DNA from: Escherichia phage vB_EcoM-PM133 | Sequence record: MZ234052.1 | Length of the DNA stretch: 64,000 nt | Direction: 5' to 3' (one strand) | Shown: positions 10,640-21,919 of the stretch, in pieces | Position numbering within the stretch: the first letter of the stretch is position 1 | Layout of the letters: every line of letters starts with the position of its first letter | Notes under the pieces: generated by a model | The model's database searches: none | The model's input: the letters and a program-made list of their open reading frames with translations, nothing else | Told to the model about the DNA's origin: nothing | Translations under genes and position numbers: made by a program

Positions 10640-11169
10640 TCAAATAATCCAATAATATTGCCAATTCCGGTTATTGGACCATTAGGGCCAGGAATTGCTA
10701 AAGTTGTAGAAATATCATTTGCCCATTTTAAAACAAATGCTGGCATCTCAAGAAAATTAATTTCTTTAACTTCATCATTGACCTTAAGCAAGCATTTGGA
10801 TAACATATCGCTTACAGTTAAAAATTGTTCAAATTTTCCAGGAGGTCTAAAATAAAATGTATTTCCTTGGTATTGAAATTCCAATCTTTGACATACATAA
10901 ACGTCATTAATATCATAAGTATAACCATCTATTTCTTTACGAGATTTAATCTTTCCATTAAATTCCAATAAATGAATAGAAACGAAATCAACTTCTGCCG
11001 GTGATAAATTCGGACAAATAGAATCAATAAGAAGTTTTAAATTTTCATCAGGACCTTTAACATCTTTTAAAATGTTATAATGTTTAAGACCCATCTTAGG
11101 AATAGAAACTTCTTTATTACTTATTGGAAGAACTACTTTCTTCAGTGGTAGTATCAGATTTAAATTCAT
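10636..11169 (-). CDS. 28: baseplate hub distal subunit (T4 gp28-like)
   Basis: 177 aa, overlaps gp27 3' end. Confidence 0.8.
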   Translation of the reverse strand: MNLNLILPLKKVVLPISNKEVSIPKMGLKHYNILKDVKGPDENLKLLIDSICPNLSPAEVDFVSIHLLEFNGKIKSRKEIDGYTYDINDVYVCQRLEFQYQGNTFYFRPPGKFEQFLTVSDMLSKCLLKVNDEVKEINFLEMPAFVLKWANDISTTLAIPGPNGPITGIGNIIGLFE

Positions 11170-12289
11170 TTTTAACCTTAACTGGGTCTATTGTTTCCAG
11201 TTTCGTCGCATTAGTGAACATATATAGATGAGTTACTGAATTATTATTTGATAATTCATGGATAACTTCATCAACGTAAAATTCTGTTTTAAATTGGTTT
11301 TTACTATCATTAAAAATAATTTTAACACCAGGAGTCAAGTTAAAATTACCGACAGTAGAACATTTAGCATAGCCATCATATTGCGCCATAGTTTGAAGAC
11401 GAATAGCTTCTTCATAGCCATTTCTATAAGTCATTTCAGAATAAGCACCTGACCTTGACACTACAATAGAGTTTTCACCCTTTCCTGTAGTAATCATTGG
11501 CAGTGAAGAATCTAAAAACGAATGAGCATAGATAGTAGCATTTTTCATTGGATCACGTTTATGCGGGTTTGATTTAGTCAACCAAACAAAATCATATGCT
11601 AATGGATATTTCAATTCTTGGACGAATTGACCTATTAAAGTTGGCTCACCTACAATCATTGGATATGGTTCTTGATTTATCATCATATCATAGTCCATCA
11701 TGTTAACTCCCATGATGTCTTGCCATACAAATACGAACTTATCGCTTCCTACCGCTAGAGCAACTTCTCTTACATAGGACAAATAATTTTCAAATGTACT
11801 AGTCCATGGAATATCAGGAACATAAGCATTTATAGCATTTATTGCTGGAGTTAATAACGTGCGATCCTGATAAATGACACCAAGCATTTCCTTTATAGAT
11901 TCACCTGCATCAGAGAAAAACGGTCTGCCAAATTTAAGATTTTCTATAGAATGAATAGTTCCCAATTCAATAGCAATGATGTTATCACCCTTTGAATCTA
12001 CCGATACGGAAAAGTGCTTACATCCATAAATTCGTGTTTTAACATTATTAATATCGTTTGCATTAGCTACAGAAATCTGAATTATTTCATTTCCATCCAT
12101 TTTTGTATGGATATTTTTAGAATCATAAAATTGTAGCATTCCTTCATTTCGACCATAAAGAGAATCCCGCATAGTTAATGTGGTAATAGTAGCAGCTAAT
12201 TCAACAAATCTATTATTACTCCAAGCGTCATAACTCTCAAATAATTTAACGCTGAGATTTGGATATCCGGGGCGTTGCAACATACTCAT
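11117..12289 (-). CDS. 27: baseplate hub subunit (T4 gp27-like)
   Basis: 390 aa, synteny. Confidence 0.85.
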   Translation of the reverse strand: MSMLQRPGYPNLSVKLFESYDAWSNNRFVELAATITTLTMRDSLYGRNEGMLQFYDSKNIHTKMDGNEIIQISVANANDINNVKTRIYGCKHFSVSVDSKGDNIIAIELGTIHSIENLKFGRPFFSDAGESIKEMLGVIYQDRTLLTPAINAINAYVPDIPWTSTFENYLSYVREVALAVGSDKFVFVWQDIMGVNMMDYDMMINQEPYPMIVGEPTLIGQFVQELKYPLAYDFVWLTKSNPHKRDPMKNATIYAHSFLDSSLPMITTGKGENSIVVSRSGAYSEMTYRNGYEEAIRLQTMAQYDGYAKCSTVGNFNLTPGVKIIFNDSKNQFKTEFYVDEVIHELSNNNSVTHLYMFTNATKLETIDPVKVKNEFKSDTTTEESSSSNK

Positions 12290-13038
12290 TGTTGTTTATC
12301 CTTCTCAATCAGTTTTAATACGAATCCGCGCTCAGCAGGAATCATTTTCATTATTGAATTTAAGCTATAATTACTTTTTACAAGTGTGTGATTAATTTGA
12401 TAAAAAGTAAATATCTCATCTGGATTAACTAATAGCTTAAACACATCTACTATATCAGTGTATTTTTTTACATACTTATTACAACACGACATATGCAGTG
12501 TTAAATTAATAGGATTCATTGCATCGAGAATTTTTTCTAATGTTTCTATCTCGATGGCATCAACAAGTTCTATTTGACTCGATTCGCTAATTTCCTTCCA
12601 ATCATACCACATTTCATCTACTTGAACGGAATGAATATTTTCAGTAATCATCTTTGCTTTATTTTCATAAAACTCAGAAGGAAACTTTAATTTAATTTTA
12701 ACATTAGCTACATCAAAATCAGGTTCCTTTAATTCTTTTTGATATATTTCAAATGGAACTGTCTTTTCTTTTTTGCATTTTGGACATACAAATGTAACCG
12801 GTACTTTAGTTTTACCTATTGACCCTACAAATACCTGCAAAAATATAAATGGTTGCCAAGTCTTCGGATAGTCTCCAAAATAATCGGCAATTAAATCAGC
12901 AATTATTTCTTTTTGTTCTTGTGGTGACCGATGTTCTATATCGTTTCGAACTAACAAAAAATCTCGATAATCTTCTACCGTAAATGGTTTAAAACGATGA
13001 ACACCATCTGGTAATTTACAACGAATAATGTTTGCCAT
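12286..13038 (-). CDS. 51: baseplate hub assembly catalyst (T4 gp51-like)
   Basis: 250 aa, synteny. Confidence 0.8.
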   Translation of the reverse strand: MANIIRCKLPDGVHRFKPFTVEDYRDFLLVRNDIEHRSPQEQKEIIADLIADYFGDYPKTWQPFIFLQVFVGSIGKTKVPVTFVCPKCKKEKTVPFEIYQKELKEPDFDVANVKIKLKFPSEFYENKAKMITENIHSVQVDEMWYDWKEISESSQIELVDAIEIETLEKILDAMNPINLTLHMSCCNKYVKKYTDIVDVFKLLVNPDEIFTFYQINHTLVKSNYSLNSIMKMIPAERGFVLKLIEKDKQQ

Positions 13039-13055
13039 AGATGCTCCTTTTATTC

Positions 13056-13067
13056 TATTTATAAATA
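13056..13067. promoter_or_regulatory. overlapping divergent late promoters (TATTTATAAATA) for genes 51 (minus) and 26 (plus)
   Basis: TATAAATA readable on both strands within 12 bp, 18-22 nt from each start codon. Confidence 0.55.
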
Positions 13068-13088
13068 TGATAAATAAAGGAGCTAAAT

Positions 13089-13715
13089 ATGTATGAATAC
13101 AAATTTGATGTGAGAGTTGGTTCTAAAATAATCAACTGTCGCGCATTTACTCTTAAAGAATATCTAGAACTTATTACTGCTAAAAAGAATGGTTCAGTAG
13201 AAGAGATTGTTAAAAAGCTAATCAAAGACTGTACAAATGCAAAAGATTTAAACCGCCAAGAATCAGAACTATTACTGATTCATTTATGGGCGCATTCTCT
13301 TGGAGAAGTTAATCACGAAAACTCCTGGAAGTGCACCTGTGGAACTGAAATACCAACCCATATAAATCTATTACATACACAAATAGATGCACCAGAAGAC
13401 CTCTGGTATACACTGGGTGACATTAAAATTAAATTCCATTACCCTAAAATTTTTGATGATAAAAATATAGCCCACATGATAGTATCATGTATAGAAACGA
13501 TTCATGCTAACGGTGAAAGCATTCCAGTTGAAGACTTAAATGAAAAAGAACTGGAAGATTTATATTCTATCATCACAGAGTCAGATATTGTAGCTATAAA
13601 AGATATGCTTTTAAAGCCTACTGTTTATTTGGCTGTTCCAATTAAATGTCCAGAGTGTGGAAAAACTCACGCTCATGTAATAAGAGGACTCAAAGAATTC
13701 TTTGAGCTATTGTAA
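13089..13715 (+). CDS. 26: baseplate hub subunit (T4 gp26-like)
   Basis: 208 aa, synteny. Confidence 0.8.
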   Translation: MYEYKFDVRVGSKIINCRAFTLKEYLELITAKKNGSVEEIVKKLIKDCTNAKDLNRQESELLLIHLWAHSLGEVNHENSWKCTCGTEIPTHINLLHTQIDAPEDLWYTLGDIKIKFHYPKIFDDKNIAHMIVSCIETIHANGESIPVEDLNEKELEDLYSIITESDIVAIKDMLLKPTVYLAVPIKCPECGKTHAHVIRGLKEFFELL

Positions 13716-14113
13716 TGGCAAATATTAATAAGCTTTATTCTGATATTGACCCAGAGATGAAAATGGATTGGAACAAAGACGTTTCAAGATCACTTGGATT
13801 AAGGTCAATTAAAAATAGTCTTTTAGGAATTATTACAACAAGAAAAGGTTCAAGACCGTTTGACCCTGAATTTGGATGCGATTTATCTGACCAACTTTTT
13901 GAGAATATGACTCCTCTTACTGCTGACACGGTTGAGCGTAATATCGAAAGCGCAGTAAGAAACTATGAGCCACGTATTGATAAATTAGCAGTTAATGTAA
14001 TACCGGTTTATGATGATTATACTTTGATAGTAGAAATACGCTTTTCAGTCATCGATAACCCTGATGATATTGAGCAAATAAAACTACAACTGGCTTCCAG
14101 TAATAGAGTATAA
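13715..14113 (+). CDS. 25: baseplate wedge subunit (T4 gp25-like)
   Basis: 132 aa, synteny. Confidence 0.85.
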   Translation: MANINKLYSDIDPEMKMDWNKDVSRSLGLRSIKNSLLGIITTRKGSRPFDPEFGCDLSDQLFENMTPLTADTVERNIESAVRNYEPRIDKLAVNVIPVYDDYTLIVEIRFSVIDNPDDIEQIKLQLASSNRV

Positions 14114-14179
14114 TGCTTCACGTATAAACGTGGTATAATGAATCTAAGTCCATCCAATAACAATTGAATAGAGAACAAT

Positions 14180-14593
14180 ATGAGATTAGAAGATCTTCAA
14201 GAAGAATTGAAGAAAGATGTGTTTATAGATTCGACTAAATTACAGTATGAAGCAGCTAATAATGTGATGTTATATAGTAAATGGCTTAATAAGCATTCAA
14301 GTATTAAAAAGGAAATGCTTAGAATTGAAGCACAGAAAAAAGTTGCTCTTAAAGCTAAATTAGACTACTACTCGGGACGAGGAGATGGTGATGAATTTAG
14401 TATGGATCGTTACGAGAAATCAGAAATGAAGACAGTTCTATCAGCTGATAAGGATGTTTTAAAAGTTGATACTTCATTACAATATTGGGGAATTTTATTG
14501 GATTTCTGTAGCGGAGCTCTTGATGCTATTAAATCACGTGGATTTGCTATTAAGCATATTCAAGACATGCGAGCATTTGAGGCTGGAAAATAA
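14180..14593 (+). CDS. uvsY: recombination mediator UvsY
   Basis: 137 aa, synteny. Confidence 0.85.
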   Translation: MRLEDLQEELKKDVFIDSTKLQYEAANNVMLYSKWLNKHSSIKKEMLRIEAQKKVALKAKLDYYSGRGDGDEFSMDRYEKSEMKTVLSADKDVLKVDTSLQYWGILLDFCSGALDAIKSRGFAIKHIQDMRAFEAGK

Positions 14594-14817
14594 TGAGATA
14601 TAGCATTGATGATGCTTTTAATTATGAAGAAGAATTTGAAACTGAGATTCAATTCTTAATGAAAAAGCATAATCTTAAGCGTCAGGATATTCGTATCCTG
14701 GCCGATCACCCGTGTGGTGAAGATGTCCTTTATATTAAAGGAAAATTTGCCGGATATCTTGATGAATATTTTTATTCTAAAGATATGGGCATTGATATGC
14801 ATATGAGAGTTGTATAA
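14593..14817 (+). CDS. hypothetical protein (uvsY.-1 position)
   Basis: 74-aa ORF with ATGA overlap. Confidence 0.5.
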   Translation: MRYSIDDAFNYEEEFETEIQFLMKKHNLKRQDIRILADHPCGEDVLYIKGKFAGYLDEYFYSKDMGIDMHMRVV

Positions 14818-14845
14818 ATAGATATATAATTCAGAGGAGACAATC

Positions 14846-15013
14846 ATGTCAGATAAGATTTGTGTTGTCTGTAAAACTCCAATCGATTCTGCATTGGTTG
14901 TTGAAACAGACAAAGGTCCTGTACATCCTGGGCCTTGCTATAATTACATTAAAGAACTACCAGTTTCAGAAAGTTCGGAAGAACAATTAAATGAAACGCA
15001 ACTTTTGCTATAG
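14846..15013 (+). CDS. small Cys-containing ORF (CVVCK...GPCYNY), possible zinc-ribbon peptide
   Basis: about 55 codons with SD GGAGA; below ORF-track cutoff. Confidence 0.35.
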   Translation: MSDKICVVCKTPIDSALVVETDKGPVHPGPCYNYIKELPVSESSEEQLNETQLLL

Positions 15014-15036
15014 TGTGACCTTTAGTCTATAGTTTT

Positions 15037-15066
15037 GGCCCTTCCTTTTTGGTTGGGCCTTTTTTA
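15037..15066 (+). terminator. hairpin plus T-run at end of uvsY operon
   Basis: GGCCC...GGGCC followed by TTTTTT. Confidence 0.45.
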
Positions 15067-15068
15067 AT

Positions 15069-15311
15069 TTAAAAGCTTTCTTCTACTTCATCGTCTGAAT
15101 CTTCTAATTCAGCTCTTTTTCCTGCCAAAGCATCTCTGACTGAGATGTCATCAGTATCTTTTAATTCAGTTTCTTTAACTCTTTTCTTATAATAAGCTTC
15201 AAGTTCTTCTAAACCTTCTAATGTTTGACAAGAGGCAATTTTACCCATAAATTCATCAATAGAAGCTTCATAAAGAAATTGTTTAAATTCTAGTAACATC
15301 TTTTTCTCCAA
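15069..15311 (-). CDS. UvsW.1-like small acidic protein
   Basis: 80 aa directly downstream of uvsW. Confidence 0.6.
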   Translation of the reverse strand: MEKKMLLEFKQFLYEASIDEFMGKIASCQTLEGLEELEAYYKKRVKETELKDTDDISVRDALAGKRAELEDSDDEVEESF

Positions 15312-15324
15312 AGGGCCGAAGCCC

Positions 15325-16836
15325 TTATAAATTAACTGTTTTCATTACGTAATTAAATTTTTCATCTGCGTAGCGCTGAATACGATCAATGCCGTGTTTT
15401 AAAAGATAGTTCAAATGAACGTATTTCTTTTTCGTATTAGCAGATTTTGGCTTAACGCCACAATCATCTATGAGGTCCCAGACTGTTGCGATTGTTTTAG
15501 AACCATGCTTACGTAATACACGACCGATTGTTTGTAATACAATGATTTTTGATTTAACACCGTGTGCTAAAACAACGTGATGCAGATTTTTAACTGAAAT
15601 ACCAGTAGAAAATACACCATAACTAGCTACTATAATTATTCCTTTACCGTTTTCAGCTAAGGTTTTCATTATATTGCGGGTTTCGGTATCAACTTCCCCT
15701 GATACGTAATAAACTTTATCGTATTCATTTTTAATTAAATCGAAAATAGCTTTACCATGCGATACATGTTTAAACATGACAAAAGCGTTTTCATCTTTTT
15801 GTGCAAGCTTAATAGCCAATTTAGCGATCCATTTATTTCTTTTACTAAGCCCAGTAATAATTTTTATTTCTTCTTGGTAAGTTTTTCCCTTTAATTTAGT
15901 AGTGAACTCATCGGGATAGCGAAGAAAAATACTATTAATTTTTAACTCAGTTACTTGTCCATCTTCCATTAATTTAGAGGTCGTTACTGGCTTAAATATT
16001 TCACCAAACATTCCAACATACTGCATGATATTGGCTTTGCCATCACGTAATGAACCAGACAAACCAAATTTGAACATGCAGTTATTTAAACCTGATATGA
16101 TAGATGAAATACTTTTTCCTGTAGCAAGATGACATTCATCATTCATCATCATTCCAAACTGTGAGAACCATTCTTTCGGTTGTTTTACTACAGTTTGCCA
16201 TGTACCAACGACGACTGGTGCATCATTTTTATATTTATCATCTTTTGATGCTCCGCCACCAATTTTCTTTATCATTGCATGGCTGAATAAACGATAGTCG
16301 ACGAAGTCATCAGCCATCTGAGTTGTTAGAGCAGTTGTTGGAACAATGATAAGAATTTTACCTTCATAATTTTCCAAATAATATCGCGCAAGCAAAGCTT
16401 GAATTAACGATTTACCAGCGGATGTTGGAAGATTAAGAATTCTACGACGATTAACTAATCCTTCGAACACTGCATCTTTTTGATACCAGTGTGGTTCAAT
16501 TCTTTTATTTCCTGAATAGATTTCTAATTTAGAAAGCCATTCATCAAAATCTTTTCTTGATAATTCTTCTTTTTCGTTAATCTGTGGGTCAATCCAGGCT
16601 TTATAGCCAAAGTTATCACAGAACTTTTTAATTTGCCCGACTAAGCCGAATGGAAGAAGACGATTATAATCTAACAGACGGATTCGTCCATCCCAGTGGC
16701 CATATCTGTACTTCGGATTAAAACGATACCCATCAGCTTCAAAGCTAAAGAAATCACGGAGTTCATGAAATGTACTTTCTTCACAATCAATTCTCACGTG
16801 ACTAAAATCATAAAAATGTACTTTAATGTCAGTCAT
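15325..16836 (-). CDS. uvsW: UvsW DNA/RNA helicase (SF2)
   Basis: 503 aa; Walker A PTSAGKS and DECH box present. Confidence 0.93.
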   Translation of the reverse strand: MTDIKVHFYDFSHVRIDCEESTFHELRDFFSFEADGYRFNPKYRYGHWDGRIRLLDYNRLLPFGLVGQIKKFCDNFGYKAWIDPQINEKEELSRKDFDEWLSKLEIYSGNKRIEPHWYQKDAVFEGLVNRRRILNLPTSAGKSLIQALLARYYLENYEGKILIIVPTTALTTQMADDFVDYRLFSHAMIKKIGGGASKDDKYKNDAPVVVGTWQTVVKQPKEWFSQFGMMMNDECHLATGKSISSIISGLNNCMFKFGLSGSLRDGKANIMQYVGMFGEIFKPVTTSKLMEDGQVTELKINSIFLRYPDEFTTKLKGKTYQEEIKIITGLSKRNKWIAKLAIKLAQKDENAFVMFKHVSHGKAIFDLIKNEYDKVYYVSGEVDTETRNIMKTLAENGKGIIIVASYGVFSTGISVKNLHHVVLAHGVKSKIIVLQTIGRVLRKHGSKTIATVWDLIDDCGVKPKSANTKKKYVHLNYLLKHGIDRIQRYADEKFNYVMKTVNL

Positions 16837-16865
16837 GTCTAAATACCATGTAATAAATATATCTA

Positions 16866-16873
16866 TATTTATA
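16866..16873 (-). promoter_or_regulatory. late promoter motif (TATAAATA on minus strand) upstream of uvsW
   Basis: tatttata on plus strand 30 nt from uvsW start. Confidence 0.5.
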
Positions 16874-16886
16874 CTGAGGAAATATT

Positions 16887-17567
16887 ATGATAGATAAAGA
16901 TTATATTGCAGAGCTGAAGGCTCTTGATGATAACAAAGAAGCTAAAGCTAAATTAGCTGAATATGCTGAACAGTTTGGTATAAAGGTCAAAAAGAATAAA
17001 TCTTTTGATAATATCGTTGTTGATATTGAAGAAGCCCTCCAGAAGCTCGCTAGTGAACCTATGCCGGAGACTGATGGGTTATCTATTAAAGACTTAATTG
17101 ATGCTGCTGATGCTGCAGAGGGGTTAAAATATGACGATGAAGAAGTCAATCCAGAAGCAGCACTTTTGATTGATTCTCCGGTTAAATCTGACATTAAAAT
17201 TGAAGTAGTAGAAACAGATAAAATTCCTGAAAATACCACTGTTTTAATTGAAGATACTCCTTTTGTTGAAGAAAAATTCGAACAGGCTGTAGCTGAGATT
17301 ATTGAATCTGAAAAGCCGTCTGTATTTACTCTTCCGGAAAACTTTAGCCCGAATCTTCAGTTGATTGGAAAAAATCCAGGATTCTGTACTGTTCCTTGGT
17401 GGATTTATCAATGGATTGCTGAAACTCCTGATTGGAAATCTCACCCAACTAGTTTTGAACATGCGTCAGCACACCAAACTTTATTTAGCTTAATTTATTA
17501 CATTAACCGTGACGGATCAGTTTTAATTCGTGAAACACGCAACTCTTCTTTCGTAACATTAAAATAA
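16887..17567 (+). CDS. inh: Inh-like inhibitor of prohead protease
   Basis: 226 aa, position between uvsW and hoc. Confidence 0.75.
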   Translation: MIDKDYIAELKALDDNKEAKAKLAEYAEQFGIKVKKNKSFDNIVVDIEEALQKLASEPMPETDGLSIKDLIDAADAAEGLKYDDEEVNPEAALLIDSPVKSDIKIEVVETDKIPENTTVLIEDTPFVEEKFEQAVAEIIESEKPSVFTLPENFSPNLQLIGKNPGFCTVPWWIYQWIAETPDWKSHPTSFEHASAHQTLFSLIYYINRDGSVLIRETRNSSFVTLK

Positions 17568-17576
17568 GGATAACTT

Positions 17577-18995
17577 ATGACTTTTACAGTTGATATAACT
17601 CCTAAAACACCGACAGGGGTTATTGATGAAACTAAGCAGTTTACTGCTACACCCAGTGGTGAAACTGGAGGCGGAACTATTACATATGCTTGGACTGTAG
17701 ATGATGCTCCACAAGATGGAGCTGAAGCAACTTTTGATTATGTATTAAAAGGACCTGCTGGACAAAAGACTATTAAAGTAGTTGCAACAAATACAGTTCC
17801 AGATACTGATGCTGAAACAGCAGAAGCTACTACAACTATCACAGTTCAAAATAAGACACAAACAACTACTTTAGCTGTAACTCCTGGTAGCCCTGATGCT
17901 GGAGTGATTGGAACTCCAATTGAATTTACCGCTGCCTTAGCTTCACAGCCATCAGGTGCAAACGCTACGTATCAATGGCACGTTGACGGTTCTCCTGTAG
18001 ACGAAGCAACTGACGCTACATTCAATTACACTCCTGACACAAGCGGAGTTAAAAAAATCAAGTGTGTAGCTCAAGTAACTGCGGCAGATTATGATGCACT
18101 AAGCGTTACTTCTAATGAAGTATCATTGACTGTTAATAAAAAGGAGCAGACAACTACTTTGGCAGTAACTCCTGATAGTCCTCCAGCGGGAGTAATCGGA
18201 ACCCCAGTTCAATTTACTGCTGCCTTAGCTTCTCAACCTGATGGAGCGTCTGCTACGTATCAGTGGTATGTAGATGATTCACAAGTTGGTGGAGAAACTA
18301 ACTCTACATTTAGCTATACTCCAACTACAAGTGGAGTAAAAAGAATTAAATGCGTAGCCCAAGTAACTGCTGAAAATTACAATGAAAAGGAAGTTACTTC
18401 TAATGAAGTATCATTGACAGTTAATAAGAAGACAATGAATCCACAGGTTACATTGACTCCTCCTTCTATTAATGTTCAGCAAGATGCTTCGGCTACATTT
18501 ACGGCTAATGTTACGGGTGCTCCAGAAGAAGCACAAATTACTTACTCATGGAAGAAAGATTCTTCTCCTGTAGAAGGGTCAACTAACATATATACTGTCG
18601 ATACCTCATCTGTTGGAAGTCAAACTATTGAAGTTACTGCTGTCGTTACTGCAACTGATTACGATAGCAAAACTATTACAGCAGAAGGTCAAGTTCAGGT
18701 AACTGATAAAGTTGCTCCAGAACCAGAAGGTGAACTACCTTATGTTCATCCTCTTCCACATCGTACTTCAGCTTATATCTGGTGCGGTTGGTGGGTTATG
18801 GATGAAATCCAAAAAATGACCGAAGAAGGTAAAGATTGGAAAACTGAAGATCCAGACAGTAAATACTACCTGCATCGTTACACTCTTCAGAAGATGATGA
18901 AAGACTATCCAGAAGTTGATGTTCAAGAATCACGCAATGGATACATCATTCATAAAACTGCTTTAGAAACTGGTATCATCTATACCTATCCATAA
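17577..18995 (+). CDS. hoc: Hoc highly immunogenic outer capsid protein with four Ig-like domains
   Basis: 472 aa; repeated Ig-like modules plus conserved C-terminal capsid-binding region; two adjacent modules nearly identical. Confidence 0.88.
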   Translation: MTFTVDITPKTPTGVIDETKQFTATPSGETGGGTITYAWTVDDAPQDGAEATFDYVLKGPAGQKTIKVVATNTVPDTDAETAEATTTITVQNKTQTTTLAVTPGSPDAGVIGTPIEFTAALASQPSGANATYQWHVDGSPVDEATDATFNYTPDTSGVKKIKCVAQVTAADYDALSVTSNEVSLTVNKKEQTTTLAVTPDSPPAGVIGTPVQFTAALASQPDGASATYQWYVDDSQVGGETNSTFSYTPTTSGVKRIKCVAQVTAENYNEKEVTSNEVSLTVNKKTMNPQVTLTPPSINVQQDASATFTANVTGAPEEAQITYSWKKDSSPVEGSTNIYTVDTSSVGSQTIEVTAVVTATDYDSKTITAEGQVQVTDKVAPEPEGELPYVHPLPHRTSAYIWCGWWVMDEIQKMTEEGKDWKTEDPDSKYYLHRYTLQKMMKDYPEVDVQESRNGYIIHKTALETGIIYTYP

Positions 18996-19020
18996 TCATA
19001 AGGGGCTTCGGCCCCTTTCT
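18989..19020 (+). terminator. terminator after hoc (AGGGGC ttcg GCCCCT + T-rich)
   Basis: GC hairpin followed by TTTCTTCATTTT. Confidence 0.55.
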
Positions 19021-19084
19021 TCATTTTGAAAGCACACAAAACACAATCAGAAAATGATGTATATAATGGCACCAACTCGATAAC

Positions 19085-19300
19085 ATGAGATTGATTATGA
19101 GAACTGAGGTTGTGGTGTTTACTCTTCATGAGTCTGGAAAGTCATTCATTGAAATTGCTCGTGAATTAAACTTACAGGCAAAAGAAGTGGCTGTATTATG
19201 GGCTCGAGCTATGACTGCTAAAAATAAATTTGAAACTCGAGAAAAAGTCGTCTATAGAAAAAGACATATCAATAAAAAGGTGAAAAATGGAACAGTATGA
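19085..19300 (+). CDS. hypothetical small protein with helix-turn-helix-like segment
   Basis: 71-aa ORF; first ATG likely at MRTEVV. Confidence 0.4.
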   Translation: MRLIMRTEVVVFTLHESGKSFIEIARELNLQAKEVAVLWARAMTAKNKFETREKVVYRKRHINKKVKNGTV

Positions 19301-19565
19301 TCTTTATGAAAATGAATCTTTTGCTAATCGATTACGCGAAAAAGCACTTAAAAGTAAACAGTTTAAGCTAGAGTGTTTTATTAAAGATTTTTCGGAACTT
19401 GCTAATAAAGCAGCTGAACAAGGTAAAACATATTTTAGTTATTATTGTACTGCTCGCGATAAATTGATTACTGAAGAAATTGGTGATTGGCTGAGAAAAG
19501 AAGGATTTAGCTTTAAAGTCAATAGTGATCAGCGTGATGGTGATTGGTTAGAAATTACATTTTGA
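19287..19565 (+). CDS. hypothetical protein
   Basis: 92-aa ORF. Confidence 0.45.
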   Translation: MEQYDLYENESFANRLREKALKSKQFKLECFIKDFSELANKAAEQGKTYFSYYCTARDKLITEEIGDWLRKEGFSFKVNSDQRDGDWLEITF

Positions 19566-19574
19566 GGATTAATT

Positions 19575-20579
19575 ATGTTTAAAAAGTATAGCAGTCTTGA
19601 AAATCATTACAACTCTAAATTTATTGAAAAACTTTATAGCTTGGGATTGACTGGTGGGGAGTGGGTAGCTCGTGAAAAGATTCACGGCACAAATTTCTCA
19701 TTGATTATTGAGCGTGATAAAGTAACTTGCGCTAAACGCACTGGTCCTATTCTTCCTGCTGAAGATTTCTTTGGGTATGAAATTATTTTGAAGAATTACT
19801 CTGATTCCATTAAAGCAGTACAAGATATTATGGAAACTTCAGCGGTTGTATCTTATCAAGTTTTTGGCGAATTCGCTGGACCTGGCATTCAGAAGAATGT
19901 CGATTATGGCGATAAAGATTTTTATGTATTTGACATTATTGTTACTACAGAAAGTGGTGATGTGACTTATGTCGATGATTATATGATGGAATCATTCTGC
20001 AATACATTTAAATTTAAAATGGCTCCACTTTTAGGTCGCGGTAAATTTGAAGAACTTATTAAATTGCCAAATGATTTAGATTCTGTCGTCCAGGATTATA
20101 ATTTTACGGTAGACCATGCTGGATTAGTTGATGCAAATAAATGCGTTTGGAATGCTGAAGTAAAAGGCGAAGTATTTACCGCTGAAGGATATGTATTGAA
20201 ACCTTGTTATCCTTCTTGGATGCCTAATGGCAATCGCGTAGCTATCAAATGCAAGAACTCTAAATTTAGTGAAAAGAAAAAGTCTGATAAGCCTATTAAA
20301 GCTAAAGTTGAACTGTCAGAAGCTGATAACAAATTGGTTGGAATTTTAGCTTGTTACGTTACACTGAACCGAGTAAATAACGTTATTTCTAAAATTGGTG
20401 AAATTGGTCCAAAAGATTTTGGAAAGGTGATGGGGCTAACTGTTCAAGATATTTTGGAAGAAACTTCTCGTGAAGGTATTACTCTAACTCAAGCGGATAA
20501 TCCTTCTTTGATTAAGAAGGAATTAGTTAAAATGGTACAAGATGTACTTCGTCCGGCTTGGATTGAATTGGTAAGTTAA
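19575..20579 (+). CDS. rnlB: RNA ligase 2 (Rnl2)
   Basis: 334 aa; nucleotidyltransferase motif KIHGTN. Confidence 0.92.
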   Translation: MFKKYSSLENHYNSKFIEKLYSLGLTGGEWVAREKIHGTNFSLIIERDKVTCAKRTGPILPAEDFFGYEIILKNYSDSIKAVQDIMETSAVVSYQVFGEFAGPGIQKNVDYGDKDFYVFDIIVTTESGDVTYVDDYMMESFCNTFKFKMAPLLGRGKFEELIKLPNDLDSVVQDYNFTVDHAGLVDANKCVWNAEVKGEVFTAEGYVLKPCYPSWMPNGNRVAIKCKNSKFSEKKKSDKPIKAKVELSEADNKLVGILACYVTLNRVNNVISKIGEIGPKDFGKVMGLTVQDILEETSREGITLTQADNPSLIKKELVKMVQDVLRPAWIELVS

Positions 20580-20582
20580 ATA

Positions 20583-20610
20583 AAAAGGGACCTTTCGGTC
20601 CCTTTGTTTT
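20583..20610. terminator. bidirectional terminator (AGGGACC tttc GGTCCCT) between rnlB and gene 24
   Basis: perfect stem with A-run upstream and T-run downstream. Confidence 0.6.
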
Positions 20611-21892
20611 ATTCATCAATGATAATTTTTGGTAGCTTAACACCTAATAAAACAGACAAATCTGAACGACCCGCCATTTTATCCATATCTCCACCATCAA
20701 TTACTCTTGCTTCTTTTTCATCTTTTGCTACAGTGTAAGGATTTGCAGATAAAGCATATCTAACTAATAAACCGATAGATGGCTGCAAACTTTCTGGATC
20801 AACTACAACTTTAAATGCACCTACATGTTCAGGGTCATCTAAGTCAAGACCTTCTGTATACGGAGCATAGAAAATTGATCCAACAATTTCTTTTTCACCA
20901 ATATTTTCTACTACGCCAACGATTACATAATCTAATGGACTGTTGGTATCGCAATAAAGCGGTAAACCATTAGCTAAGAACCCGTAGGCATTTTGTGAAA
21001 GATATTTGTCATCTTCTGGTTTATGTTTTAACCAACCTGATGCAGCAAGAATCGCAGCGGCACGAGCTGAAGCAACACAGAACGTTGCTGTATAAGTTGA
21101 TTCTTTCTGGATATGTGAAACCATTTCACACACCATTCGGTATAATGAACGACCAGCTTCAGGTGCAGATGCATAACTCAAATCAATGAATCCAGTATCA
21201 GTAATTCCTGTAACTTTATAGCGTTTTGACACTGTAATCAAAGACTGCAGAATATCTTTATTGATTTCATCTGCCATTTCAGTTGCAAGCAAATCTTCCA
21301 AGAAATTAGGAGCATCGAATCCATTTGCTTCTAAATCTTGTGCTAATTCAACTGTGATACCAGTTTTAAGTTTACGAGATTTAACTGCGGTTTGCCATTT
21401 ATTAATCTGAAATCTAGCATCCGCAATTTCACTATCAGAGCTTTCAAATTTGCTTGTTGACGCTGCGTCAGAAAATAGACGAACCTTTAAAAGAACAATT
21501 GCAATCTGAAGAGCTAATTCTAAATCGCTTTCTTCAATATCAGCAAATGGTGTATCTTCTAATACTTTATAAACGATATTATTATATTTGAATAAATCGC
21601 CCTTATTGAGAGTTAATTTAGACTCTTCTGTTAATTCTGTGATTTGTTCTCGGTCTACATATCCAGCTTCGCCAGCATAAGTAGCACCAGTTTTAAATGT
21701 AAATTCATTGTCTGGGTTAAGGTATTTTATACCATAAAAAGCAGCAACAGGTTGATTAGTTCTTTGCGTTGCTACAATGTCAGAATATATTAATTTAGTG
21801 GTAGCGCGAGTCAAAGCAACGAGATTTGGGCGACCGATTGAGTTGCTATTCGTTGTGGTTGATTCGCGCAGAAGTTCGTTGATTTTAGCCAT
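20609..21892 (-). CDS. 24: capsid vertex protein (T4 gp24-like)
   Basis: 427 aa, paralog-like similarity to gp23 region, synteny. Confidence 0.92.
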   Translation of the reverse strand: MAKINELLRESTTTNSNSIGRPNLVALTRATTKLIYSDIVATQRTNQPVAAFYGIKYLNPDNEFTFKTGATYAGEAGYVDREQITELTEESKLTLNKGDLFKYNNIVYKVLEDTPFADIEESDLELALQIAIVLLKVRLFSDAASTSKFESSDSEIADARFQINKWQTAVKSRKLKTGITVELAQDLEANGFDAPNFLEDLLATEMADEINKDILQSLITVSKRYKVTGITDTGFIDLSYASAPEAGRSLYRMVCEMVSHIQKESTYTATFCVASARAAAILAASGWLKHKPEDDKYLSQNAYGFLANGLPLYCDTNSPLDYVIVGVVENIGEKEIVGSIFYAPYTEGLDLDDPEHVGAFKVVVDPESLQPSIGLLVRYALSANPYTVAKDEKEARVIDGGDMDKMAGRSDLSVLLGVKLPKIIIDE

Positions 21893-21919
21893 TGCGCTTT
21901 CCTTTCAGTTTATATGATT

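Noticed and set aside
15311-15326. Hairpin AAGGGC cgaa GCCCTT between uvsW and uvsW.1, considered as a terminator
   Set aside because: No U-run on either strand; more likely an RNA processing or stability element, so not called a terminator.
16901-17462. Two minus-strand ORFs (112 and 72 aa) inside inh
   Set aside because: Embedded antisense in a conserved gene; no independent signals.
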